Shown here in pieces: positions 1 through 10,984 of a DNA stretch of 64,000 nt. The notes under the pieces were generated by a model, which was given only the letters and a program-made list of their open reading frames with translations, did not search any database and had not been told where the DNA came from. The position numbers and the translations under genes are program-made. Every line of letters starts with the position of its first letter. The stretch's first letter is position 1. The DNA comes from Macrostomum hystrix (lineage: Eukaryota; Animalia; Platyhelminthes), in contig CATNEN010000032.1 of the NCBI GenBank assembly GCA_950097015.1, positions 2,170,001 through 2,234,000 on the forward strand, written 5' to 3'.

Positions 1-680
1 GTAGGGATAAATGAGGATCTGAGGTAGGGATCAATGAGAATCTGAGGTAGGGATCAATGAGAATGTGAGGTAGGGATCACGGTTGTATCTGAGGTAGGGA
101 TCAATGAGGATCTGAAGTAGGGATCAATGAGGATCTGAGGTAGGGATCACGGTTGTATCTGAGGTAGGGATCACGGTTGTATCTGAGGTAGGGATCAATG
201 AGGATCTGAGGTAGGGATCAATGAGAATCTGAGGTAGGGATCACGGTTGTATCTGAGGTAGGGATCAATGAGGATCTGAAGTAGGGATCAATGAGGATCT
301 GAAGTAGGGATCAATGAGGATCTGAGGTAGGGATCACGGTTGTATCTGAGGTAGGGATCAATGAGGATCTGAGGTAGGGATCAATGAGAATCTGAGGTAG
401 GGATCCCGGTTGTATCTGAGGTAGGGATCAATGAGGATCTGAAGTAGGGATCAATGAGGATCTGAGGTAGGGATCAATGAGGATCTGAGGTAGGGATCAA
501 TGAGGATCTGAGGTAGGGATCACGGTTGTATCTGAGGTAGGGATCAATGAGGATCTGAGGTAGGGATCAATGGGGATCTGAGGTAGGATCACGGTTGTAT
601 CTGAGTTAGGGATCAATGAGGATCTGAGGTAGGGATCAATGAGGATCTGAGGTAGAAATCAATGAGGATCTTAGGTAGGG
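1..680. repeat. Minisatellite of mixed 23/24-bp units (GAGGTAGGGATCAATGAGGATCT / GAGGTAGGGATCACGGTTGTATCT), probably intronic to the SLC5 gene
   Basis: Units read directly; the array runs off the window start. Confidence 0.95.
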
Positions 681-820
681 ATCACGCAGTGGAGGTTGGC
701 TGTCAAGGGCGTAAGTTGCAAGCCCCAAACTTAAAAGTGGCCGCACCGCGCGGAATCGAACTCAAGAAGCCTGGCGCTACTCGCCTTCTCAAACCAGCCG
801 AATGCCGAACCCACCCGCAG

Positions 821-1150
821 CTGGTTGGCACCACCATTTGGACTCTGCGCAGCAAGGAGGAGATTCAGCGCATCCTAGACGAGACCGAGGTCCCGGACCT
901 CGCCGCTCTGGCCAAGAAAACCGACGAGGACGAAGTGAAGAAGGGCCGCGACTGGAAGACCACGCTCATTCACGTGTTCTGCGGTGCCACCGAGGCTGAG
1001 GACCAGCTGGACGAGTCCGTCAGGGAGGCTATCGAGCTACGGATGACCGCCACAGCATCCCGGGTCAATCCCAAGTGGCAGTCGCTGGTTGATGTACTGT
1101 CCGCTGCCGCTGTAGCCATCGGCCTGTTCATGTGGGGCTTCATGAACTGA
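821..1150 (+). CDS. SLC5A: Terminal exon of a sodium:solute symporter (SLC5, SGLT/SMIT-like)
   Basis: LVGTTIWTLRSKEE...HVFCG...NPKWQSLVDVLSAAAVAIGLFMWGFMN* parallels the SGLT1 C-terminus (LYRLCWSLRNSKEE...DLFCG...KPLWRTVLNV...FCHAYFA): long cytoplasmic loop plus final TM helix. Acceptor cacccgcag| at 820, phase 0; an acceptor at 797 is also possible. Upstream exons lie outside the window. Confidence 0.8.
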   Translation: MVGTTIWTLRSKEEIQRILDETEVPDLAALAKKTDEDEVKKGRDWKTTLIHVFCGATEAEDQLDESVREAIELRMTATASRVNPKWQSLVDVLSAAAVAIGLFMWGFMN

Positions 1151-1279
1151 GGCCTCTCTAACTCGAGTCGGTTGGCAAATTTTCTGTGTATTATAAACTT
1201 CTATTTTTGGAGGCTGCATGACTTTTGGGATGAAATTGGCCCGTCATATGACAGCTAACTTTGATTACTTTCATATATG

Positions 1280-1715
1280 GTGAGTGCTGGTAAGTGTTGG
1301 TGAGTGCTGGTGAGTGCTGGTGAGTGCTGGTGAGTGCTGGTGAGTGCTGGTGAGTGCTGGTGAGTGCTGGTGATTGGCTGGTGAGTGCTGGTAAGTGCTG
1401 GCAAGTGAGTGCTGGTGAGTGCTGGTAAGTGCTGGCAAGTGAGTGCTGGTGAGTGCTGGTGAGTGCTGGCAAGTGAGTGCTGGTGATTGGCTGGTGAGTG
1501 CTGGTAAGTGCTGGCAAGTGAGTGCTGGTGAGTGCTGGTAAGTGCTGGCAAGTGAGTGCTGGTGAGTGCTGGTAAGTGCTGGCAAGTGAGTGCTGGTGAG
1601 TGCTGGTGAGTGCTGGCAAGTGAGTGCTGGTGAGTGCTGGTGAGTGCTGGTGAGTGCTGGTGAGTGCTGGTGAGTGCTGGTGAGTGCTGGTGAGTGCTGG
1701 TGAGTGCTGGTGAGT
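1280..1715. repeat. 10-bp minisatellite GGTGAGTGCT with GGTAAGTGCT and GCAAGTGAGT variants
   Basis: Units read directly. Confidence 0.95.
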
Positions 1716-1786
1716 AGCGGGTCCCTGATGTGGATTTTCTGTATCTACTATTGGTGCTGAAATATCGCTTGGTTTATCAAAGACAA

Positions 1787-1809
1787 AATAAACTTGGAAA
1801 CTAAATAAA
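1787..1809 (+). terminator. Candidate polyadenylation signals of the SLC5 gene (AATAAA x2)
   Basis: AATAAA at 1787-1792 and 1804-1809, followed by T-rich sequence near 1830; first canonical signals after the stop codon. Confidence 0.4.
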
Positions 1810-2084
1810 AATATCCAGCCAGTGCTCAGAATTGTTTTATTGCCGCAATTAAATCGCTTTTTTAGAAACGTTCAGGTTTCTTTTTTCGTTTACGTGAGTT
1901 TGATAGTACTTCAATGTAAGTAGGATAGAAAGCTTTTGCCTTTTAACTCTTTGGCACATTAATACCAACCCATTCGAATACTTTGAGTACAGCTTCAGCC
2001 ACTCCAGAATCTCAAAAGTTAAGTAAAGTTAAGCTGAGATATGGGAAAGGCGAGAAAGAATGGTAGAACCCGGGAAGAGAAAGG

Positions 2085-2795
2085 ATGGAGGAAATGGGGG
2101 AGGAGAGAGGATAGAGGATGGGGGGAGGAGAGAGGATAGAGGAAAGGGTGGAGGAGAGTGGATAGAGGAAAGGGGGGAGGAGAGAGGATAGAGGATGGGG
2201 GAGGAGCGAGGATAGAGGAAAGGGGGGAGGAGAGTGGATAGAGGAAGGGGGGAGGAGAGAGGATAGAGGAAAGGGGGGAGGAGAGAGGATAGAGGAAAGG
2301 GGGAGGAGAGAGGATGGAGGAAGGGGGAGGAGAGAGGATAGAGGAAGGGTAGGATAGAGGAAAGAGGAAAGGGGGAGGATAGAGGATAGAGGAAGGGGGG
2401 AGAGAGGAAAGGGGGAGGAGAGAGGATAGAGGAAAGGGGAGGATAAAGGAAAGGGGAGGATAGAGGAAAGGGGGGAGAGAGGAAATGGGGAGGAGAGAGG
2501 ATAGAGGAAGGGGAGGATGGAGTAAAGGGGGAGGAGAGAGGATAGAGGAAGGGGAGGATAGAGGAAAGGGGGAGGAGAGAGGATAGAGGAAAGGGGAGGA
2601 TAGAGGAAAGGGGAGGATAGAGGAACGGGGGAGGAGAGAGGATAGAGGAAGGGGAGGATGGAGTAAAGGGGGAGGAGAGAGGATAGAGGAAGGGGAGGAT
2701 AGAGGAAAGGGGAGGAGAGAGGATAGAGGAAGGGGGAGGAGAGAGGATAGATGAAAGGGGTATTAGACAGGAGAGAGGATAGAGGAAAGGGGAAG
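2085..2795. repeat. Purine-rich degenerate minisatellite (GGAGGAGAGAGGATAGAGGAAAGG-like)
   Basis: Read directly. Confidence 0.9.
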
Positions 2796-3524
2796 AAGCT
2801 AGTTCCCCATGTTTTTCAATCTCAAGTTAATCAATGTGTGAGTATCAGATTCGAGTCTTGCTACGAGCTAAACCAGCAACAGATTAGGACTCATGACTCT
2901 AAGTGTTGACTATCCGATTTGATTTGCAACAAAGACTTGCTTCATATTTCAGTATAATAATCTTTGTGAGTCACGGCCATCTGCGCATCTGGTGGCTTGT
3001 CAGTCAAGCTGATGGATGTGTAAAACAGATAAGAAGAATTCGACTGTTTTTCTATGAAACCAAGATGGCTATTAAGTGGCCTCACTGGGAGATAAGCTTC
3101 CATTGAGACTGACAGTTTTACCATATCTGCTCGTAGATTTGACTTCTACAGACACTTATGCTACTGCCAAGTCAGTAGAGTGGAGCGTACACTAGCAAAG
3201 CCCGTCTGTCATTGGTTGGCTGCTGAAGCCTCTCTTTATTGGCTGGCTGGGTAAGAGTAGGGACTGAACCGCAAGATAAAACTAGCCGCACTTGTTGCTC
3301 GCTATTTTTAAACGATTTTTTACTATTAAAAAACTCCGTGACACTTGACACCGCCAGAAACATATCCAAATCTGAAGTTTTTATTTATAACTACACAATG
3401 AGCAAATAATAATGCTGTTCGAGCATATTAGTGGTGACGATTGCGGCGCCAGATCTGCTGATACTGGTGCTGCGTGTTTAAGATCGGATTCGGTGAGTTC
3501 CGCGGAATCTCATGCCAATATAGA

Positions 3525-4330
3525 ATAGATTGATTGGAGAGAGAGAGTAGAGATTGATTGGAGAGAGAGTAGAGATTGATTGGAGAGAGAGTAAAGATTG
3601 ATCGGAGAGAGAGTAGAGATTGATAGGAGAGAGAGTAGAGATTGATAGGAGAGAGAGTAGAGATTGATAGGAGAGAGAGCAGAGATTGATAGGAGAGAGA
3701 GTAGAGATTGATAGGAGAGAGAGTAGAGATTGATAGGAGAGAGAGCAGAGATTGATTGGAGAGAGAGTAGAGATTGATCGGAGAGAGAGTAGAGATTGAT
3801 AGGAGAGAGAGTAGAGATTGATTGGAGAGAGAGTAGAGATTGATAGGAGAGAGAGTAGAGATTGATAGGAGAGAGAGTAGAGATTGATAGGAGAGAGAGT
3901 AGAGATTGATAGGAGAGAGAGTAGAGATTGATAGGAGAGAGAGTAGAGATTGATAGGAGAGAGAGTAGAGATTGATTGGAGAGAGAGTAGAGATTGATTG
4001 GAGAGAGAGTAGAGATTGATAGGAGAGAGAGTAGAGATTGATAGGAGAGAGAGTAGAGATTGATTGGAGAGAGAGTAGAGATTGATTGGAGAGAGAGTAG
4101 AGATTGATTGGAGAGAGAGTAGAGATTGATTGGAGAGAGAGTAGAGATTGATTGGAGAGAGAGTAGAGATTGATTGGAGAGAGAGTAGAGATTGATCGGA
4201 GAGAGAGTAGAGATTGATTGGAGAGAGAGTAGAGATTGATCGGAGAGAGAGCAGAGATTGGTAGGAGAGAAAGGAGAGATTTGTAGGATATATTGATTGG
4301 AGAGAAAGGAGAGATTGATTTGAGAAGGAG
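3525..4330. repeat. 22-bp minisatellite GAGAGAGAGTAGAGATTGAT(T/A)G
   Basis: Read directly; explains the 327-aa minus-strand ORF. Confidence 0.95.
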
Positions 4331-4971
4331 GGAGAAGGGGAGAGAGAGGTTACTGAAGTGATGCAGGGGAGAATAAATTAGCCAGGTGACACAGGCACAA
4401 CCGATTGCCAAAATATTGACCCGCCTTAAGCCCCGGAACCAAGACCAGGTGTGTCTTAGTTCCTAGGTGACTATGAGCCTATCTTATCGCCTCACTTCAT
4501 GAAATCCAATTATCTCCTTAACACCGCATTGGACCCTGGCCACGCCAAGCACCTGAGCACACTCTCAAAATGGTTGCGTCACGCCATAGCCAATTTTCAC
4601 CTGGGATCCGAAGACCCTGGATGGCAACGGAGGTGGAGAAATAATTGGACACTAGTAATTGAAACACTAGGCCTTGTCTCCAAGAGAAAAATAATATTTA
4701 TCTATTAAGCGATCAGCTAAGCCTCAAAGAGTTAAGTGCAACGGAACTAAGAATACACGATAGTAGCAGTGCAAGAGGATGACAAGCAATGGTAAAGAAA
4801 GAATTTGTTTCACTTATTTTGTAGCTATTTTGCAAAACAGACAGACTCCCAGGCACAGACTGTGTGTCAGACAATTAGGACTTTTTGTCTGAGGTTTTGT
4901 GGCTGCGAATTTGACTTTTTGCAACACAAGTGCCAGTTTCATTTGGAAAACTATAGGCCTGGATTAAGGCT

Positions 4972-5600
4972 GAGAGATGGAATAGAAGATGGAATAGGAT
5001 GGAATAGAGAGATAGAATAGAGAGATAGAATAGAGAGATAGAATAGGATGGAATAGAGAGGTAGAATAGAAGATGGAATAAGGATGGAATAGAGAGATAT
5101 AATAGAAGATGGAATAAGGATGGAATAGAGAGATATAATAGAAGATGGAATAAGGATGGAATAGAGAGATAGAATAGAGAGATAGAATAGGATAGAATAG
5201 AGAGATAGAATAAAGAGGTAGAATATAAGATGGAATAGGATGGAATAGAGAGGTAGAATAGAGAGATAGAATAGGATGGAATAGAGAGGTAGAATAGAGA
5301 GATAAAATAGGATGGAATAGAGAGATAGAATAAAGAGGTAGAATAGAAGATGGAATAGGATAGAATAGAGGTAGAATAGAGAGATAGAATAGGATGGAAT
5401 AGAGAGGTAAAATAGAGAGATAGAATAAAGAGGTAGAATAGAAGATGGAATAAGGATGGAATAGAGAGGTAGAATAGAGAGATAGAATAGGATGGAATAG
5501 AGAGGTAGAATAGAGAGATAGAATAAAGAGGTAGAATAGAAGATGGAATAAGGATGGAATAGAGAGATGCAATTAAGAGGTAGAATAGAGCTATGGAATA
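4972..5600. repeat. Purine-rich composite minisatellite (GAATAGAGAGATA / GAATAGGATG)
   Basis: Read directly. Confidence 0.9.
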
Positions 5601-6215
5601 AGGACAATTTTTCTAGCTGCCTGATAAGTTTAATTAAGCTTTGTTGAAGAAGATAAAAAGGCAGCTATTGTAACACAATTAAATGATTAGGAAATTGCCT
5701 ATTTGATTGGTGAGGCCTAATTGGATAAGTCATTAGAGAAGGCCCAGTTTAGATTCAAATATCTAAATTTCCTAGAAAAGCGTCTCCACATGTGCTGTTT
5801 TTCCCAGCTTCCCTTCGGTTACCATAACAACAGCTGCGCGGGAGCTGAAGGGCTCCCCGCAGCGGCCTCCTCCCGCCAGGCGACGTGGCGCCATTAAAAA
5901 TCCCACTTTCCCCACATCCCTACATCCCCGACCAACCAATTTGAGGCGTCCATGGTCTGGGTGTCAATCTTCAATTACAGAAAATTAGAAGGAAGCTGTG
6001 GGGGAAAGCTAGAAGGAACGGGGATGCATTGCCGGTTTCTGTCACGACTTCTTTCGCATCCCAGCCTCCGCCTATTGGGAATATTCGAACTACCTGCCGG
6101 TTGGCGGTAAAAACAGTAGCGAAAATCCCAGCTGGCATTTAAAGATCTGAATTTCTTCAGTCTTAAACTTCCCAATCTGAAGCTTCCCCAATGCTAAATC
6201 CGAAACTTTCCTATT

Positions 6216-6425
6216 GGGTGAGTGGCAGAGGGGTTAACGCGTCTGCCTCTCGCACCAAGGTCCCTGAGCTCGATTCCGCAGCGAGGCCACATTCATTTGG
6301 GCACAGCGCTTAGAGAAGGCTTGGGGGCTTGTCATGCAATTTTCGCCCTTAAGGGCCAACCTCCAAGGCACAATGAGAGTGTACACTGCCTGATGATGAG
6401 AAAGTCAGGGCAGATGTACACACCT
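6216..6425 (+). mobile_element. tRNA-derived SINE, copy 1
   Basis: Head has an A-box-like TGGCAGAGGGGTTAA and a B-box-like GAGCTCGATTCC; body 6254-6386 aligns closely with 25583-25704. Confidence 0.65.
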
Positions 6426-6650
6426 GTGTGAGCGTGTGCCTGCGTACAGTATCTGTGTGCGTGTGTGCTCAGGAGTCAGCGATATGGGCAGAATTGCCTC
6501 CTCGCTGGCAAAGGATGTGCTATTGCCAACAGCCCTCCTGCAAATATAGTAGATTATATTCCAATTCAAAAGTACACCCAATCCGAAATGTTTCCTAATC
6601 CAAAACTTCTCGTCATAGTTCTCACAGTGCATAATATCTCACTGTCGCAG

Positions 6651-6779
6651 GTCTTGAAGCCGTCGGGCTCTCCTGTCGACAGCCGTTGGTGCCTGAAGGC
6701 GCTCATCATGCGGCGCAGTCATCCAGGAGTGGCCTGGGGCTTCAGCCTGGCCTCCGGGACGGCCGAGTTTGCTCAGCGG
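6651..6779 (+). CDS. Exon encoding the N-terminal part of a PDZ domain (VLKP...LIMRRSHPGVAWGFSLASGTAEFAQR)
   Basis: gtcgcag| acceptor, |gtgagt donor, 129 nt, phase 0/0; R-x-x-x-x-x-x-WGF resembles the PDZ carboxylate-binding loop. Confidence 0.6.
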
Positions 6780-6829
6780 GTGAGTCAATTCGGGATTTTC
6801 GATTCGCAGATTCCGGAATTTCGGATTTG

Positions 6830-7110
6830 GGAGTTTCAGATTAAGGAAATTAGGGAAATTTCAGATTAGGGAAATTTCAGATTAAGGAAATTTCAAATTA
6901 GGGAAATTTCATATTAGGGAAATTTCAGATTAGGGAAATTTCAGATTAAGGAAATTTCAAATTAAGGAAATTTCAAATTAGGGAAATTTCATATTAGGGA
7001 AATTTCAGATTAGGGAAATTTCAGATTAGGGAAATTTCGGATTAGGGCAATTTCGGATTTGGGAAATTTCGGATTGGGGAGTTTCGTATTTCGGAAGTTT
7101 CCGATTTGTA
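6830..7110. repeat. 16-bp minisatellite ATTAGGGAAATTTCAG
   Basis: Read directly. Confidence 0.9.
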
Positions 7111-7864
7111 AGATTCGGATCGGACAATGCCCTTGAGGAGAATTTTGCATTAGTGTTGTATTTCTAAATTTGAAATTCCAATTGGAGAAGCCTGGGAAAT
7201 TGGTATCTTATAGAGAAGATGCGGATGGGAAAATTTTAGATGGGGAATTTCACGCCGGTCGCGCACGCCAAGTCGACATTCTGAGGAGCTGAGCGGGCGC
7301 GCTCGAGAGTGACTCACCCGCTCCGCCCTCGCAGCCGCAGCCACCGCAAGCACTTTTAAGCTTCGCCTTGTCGTTAACTACAAGTAAAAAAATTGGGACT
7401 AGGAAATCCCTGTCAGTTTTACTTTCTTCCCTTGAATTGGTTGGAAAAATAGAGGGATAGAGAGGGAAAGGAGTAGGGAAGTGGGGCATTGGGAATGGGA
7501 GAATGGCTCAGTTGAAGGGGACGTGACAGGTAGATGTTGGGAATAAAGGGCAGTGTTTGCAGGGACCAGGCAAGCGGTGAGTGTGAGTCATACCACAAGT
7601 TTCCCAAAGCCTATAGCAAATTATTTTGCCCAATGCAGCCCTGCTGAGGTGTGTTTAATGTCAGAACATTTTCTGGTTCGCAGTTGGGGACAAGAATAGA
7701 AGATAATAGCTAATTCAAGATGGAAGGGAGGCTGAGAGGAAGGTGATGGGATAATTGTAAATGCTAGATAAAAATACTCCCAGAAAAATGTAGATTATGA
7801 CAAAACAGAAACTGACCAATCTCTATGTTTATAAAAAAAATTTATTGAATACCCATTTCACCAA

Positions 7865-8280
7865 AATCCCAGTTCATCATTATCACTATTCATTAAACTC
7901 CTAATTCATCCAAATCCCAGTTCATCGAACTCCCAGTTCATCTAAATCCCAGTTCATCTAAATCCCAGTTCATCGAACTCCCAGTTCATCTAAATCCCAG
8001 TTCATCTAAATCCAAGTTCATCAAGATCCCAATTCATCAAAATCCCAATTCATCAAAATCCCAGTTCATCAAGATCCCAATTCATCAAAATCCCAGTTCA
8101 TCAAGATCCCAATTCATCAAAATCCCAATTCATCAAAATCCCAGTTCATCAAAATCCCAGTTCATCAAAATCCCAGTTCATCAAAATCCCAATTCATCAA
8201 AATCCCAGTTCATCAAAATCCCAGTTCATCAAAATCCCAGTTCATCAAGATCCCAATTTATCAAGATCCCAGTTCATCAT
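7865..8280. repeat. 16-bp minisatellite AAAATCCCAGTTCATC
   Basis: Read directly. Confidence 0.9.
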
Positions 8281-8735
8281 ACATCGAACTGTGATGAACT
8301 AATACATCGAAATTTATTTTCAAAGAAGTCCCAAAACAGAGCTGTCATTTTGGAAAAAGTTTAAAAGCAGAATTTTAAACGAAAACCCATTCGCAGGAAA
8401 AATTCAAAGTTTGGCATTTTCACTAACCGTCTATCTGTGCTCAACAACCGATGGGACTCCATTTAATCGCGATCCCGTCTGATTGCTGGCCGTCACGCAC
8501 GGTCATCCCTAATCGAGGGGAGGCGTACTAGAATCCGAAATCCTGCATTCCCCAAAAAGTTCACCCTCTGGCCTCAGGAAAATGAGGCATGCCTTGGCTC
8601 CAAGGTTCCGAATCGATTGGTTTTAGAAAGTTTTGAGTATCTCTCTCCAATTCCAAAAAGAACTAATGTTGTCACGAATATGTTTCTGGTTCACAGAAAA
8701 AACTGTCGAAATTCTTCAAAGACAGCCTGCGTGGA

Positions 8736-8762
8736 TGTGTGTGTGTGTGTGTGTGTGTGTGT
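8736..8762. repeat. (GT)n microsatellite
   Basis: Read directly. Confidence 0.95.
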
Positions 8763-9084
8763 TTGAGTCGGCAGGACACAATGATGAGAAGTGAGCCATT
8801 ATTGAAAATCGTTGCCCGCCAGGCAGAAGTGCAGTTTAGTTCAGTCAGCGGCTGCCAAATGCAATCAGCTGGACCTGCGCGACCTCTGCGTGACAGAAGC
8901 TCGCGGAGTAGGAATTGTGATTTTCTCTGTTGTTCTCTGTTGCTGGTGATGATGTCTGTTCCACGCATGCAGTCAGTTACAGACATTTGTGGCGGAAATC
9001 CTTTATAGCCAGTTCAACTGGGGACAACAGCCTATGCTGATGAGATTCTGAGATGGGAACTGAAATGGAAATTGAACCAAGGTC

Positions 9085-9335
9085 GAGATGAGACTGATAG
9101 GGCAGAGATGAGAGTGATAGGGGAGAGATCAGAGTGATAGGGGAGAGATCAGAGTGACAGGGGAGAGATCAGAGTGACAGGGCAGAGATGAGAGTGATAG
9201 GGGAGAGATCAGAGTGATAGGGGAGAGATCAGAGTGATAGGGGAGAGATCAGAGTGATAGGGCAGAGATGAGAGTGAGCAGAGGGCAGAGAAGAGAGTGA
9301 TAGGGCAGAGATGAGAGTGAGCAGAGGGCAGAGAT
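9085..9335. repeat. 20-bp minisatellite GGGAGAGATCAGAGTGATAG
   Basis: Read directly. Confidence 0.9.
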
Positions 9336-9914
9336 GAAGCCGCTGGTCAGTACGGTACGGCCGCTGGGGTTAGAAAGTCAAATAACTAACCCTTAACATC
9401 TGATATTTACAACCCAGCTCAGTTAGCAAAAGTTCGTTCAGCAGGCCGCATTGACCCGGAAATTCTGCCAGCTCCTAAAAGAGAAACTTTATCTGCTTCA
9501 TCAGCTGGTAGGGCAGCTATAAATAGTTATAGCGGGCTCTCCGGCTTCAATTCACTAGTCTTTGTTTCTTTGGCCAGTTGAAGAAAAAGTATTCGGAGAA
9601 AAGGCTCGATGGGTGCACATTTCTTGCCTGTTTTGAGTCACAATCTGAGGCGACCTGATCCGTGGCAGAAATGTGAGACGAAATCTCTTGTGAAGGACAG
9701 AGAGAAAAGAGAGTAAGGGAAAATATAGGACGAATGTTTTTTGGGGTTAAGAGAAAGAAGAAAGAAGGCGCTGAGTGTTAGTTGTTGCGTGGGCGGCTGC
9801 TGTGACAGGCGTGTCTGTTCCATAATGTGTTCGGTCTTTCATCCTGGCTTTTTTATAGAGCTGGCTGGACCAAAGCTTGCCAGTGATATGCTCAGAGTGA
9901 CAGAGTAGGGGAAA

Positions 9915-10375
9915 GGGTGAAGGGAGTTTAGGTTGAAGGGAGCTTAGGTTGAAGGGAGTTTAGGTTGAAGGTAAATTGAAGGGAGTTTAGGTTGAATGTA
10001 AATTGAAGGGAGTTTAGGTTGAATGTAAATTGAAGGGAGTTTAGGTTGAAGGTATATTGAAGGGAGTTTAGGTTGAAGGTATATTGAAGGGAGTTTAGGT
10101 TGAAGGTAAATTGAAGGGAGTATAGGTTGAAGGTAAATTGAAGGGAGTTTAGGTTGAAGGGAGTTTAGGTTGAAGGGAGTTTAGGTTGAAGGGAGTTTAG
10201 GTTGAAGGGAGTTTAGGTTGAAGGGAGATTAGGTTGAAGGGAGATTAGGTTGAAGGGAGATTAGGTTGAAGGGAGATTAGGTTGAAGGGAGATTAGGTTG
10301 AAGGGAGATTAGGTTGAAGGGAGATTAGGTTGAAGGGAGATTAGGTTGAAGGGAGATTAGGTTGAAGGGGTATTA
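9915..10375. repeat. 16-bp minisatellite GTTGAAGGGAG(T/A)TTAG with longer variants
   Basis: Read directly. Confidence 0.9.
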
Positions 10376-10523
10376 GGGTGATTGACAGGCAAACGATTTG
10401 GGCGAAGAAAGGTGTTGGAGCTGTGGGACAGTGTGGAAATCGTGAGAAAGGACTGCATTTTGACGCAATGGAAGTTATGAAGATCCAAAGCACAAGAAAA
10501 TGATTTTTTCGTTGCATTCTCAG

Positions 10524-10613
10524 GTCAAAGCATCGCCAGTCATGGTTGCCATGGTAACGCGCGACTCCCCAGCCTTTTTCGCGGGCCTACAACCCGGTGA
10601 CGGACTGGTTTGT
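10524..10613 (+). CDS. Exon encoding the middle of a PDZ domain (VKASPVMVAMVTRDSPAFFAGLQPGDGLVC)
   Basis: ttctcag| acceptor, |gtgagt donor, 90 nt, phase 0/0; V-x-x-V-x-x-x-SPA-x-x-AGL-x-PGD is the canonical PDZ betaC-alphaA-betaD signature; joins 6651-6779 in frame. Confidence 0.7.
10545..10558. promoter_or_regulatory. RFX X-box consensus GTTGCCATGGTAAC
   Basis: Exact match to the X-box consensus; identical 14-mer at 33476; lies inside a putative exon. Confidence 0.35.
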
Positions 10614-10984
10614 GTGAGTTGAAATGAAAGGCTTCGCTTAACTTTGCCAGTAATTGGTGTTGATGATGAAGACCAATGAGAGCTAAATGGATTTGACACT
10701 TTGTCAAATAAATTAGCCAACAGTTGTGTCTGCCCAGGCTTACCTAGCCAACTAAGTTTATTGACAAGCTCGCTCGATTTTGAACCACGACGCACCTGAT
10801 TGTTTGTTTCCGTGGGTCACGCAAGGCTTGGCCAAATTGAAACTAATTGAAAATGCCCTGTGTTTACACCTTCGCTCTGCGTCTGGGCCATTTAGCTATT
10901 GTTTAGTCACTGGGCGACACAAAAGACAAGAAAAGTAAAGGTCATCATGGTTGAAAAGGACTACAAGGAAGAATTGGACACATA

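Noticed and set aside
3137-3493. Possible + strand exons 3137-3250 and 3424-3493
   Set aside because: Splice signals are present but joining them in phase hits a stop, and no recognisable homology
6385-6415. Hammerhead-like CTGATGA...GAAA...GTC in SINE copy 1
   Set aside because: No stem II and absent from copy 2
7290-7352. GC-rich minus-strand exon candidate with a GTGAGT donor
   Set aside because: No partner exons or homology found
9030-9075. CTGATGA...GAAA candidate hammerhead
   Set aside because: Stem II mismatched and no stem I/III pairing
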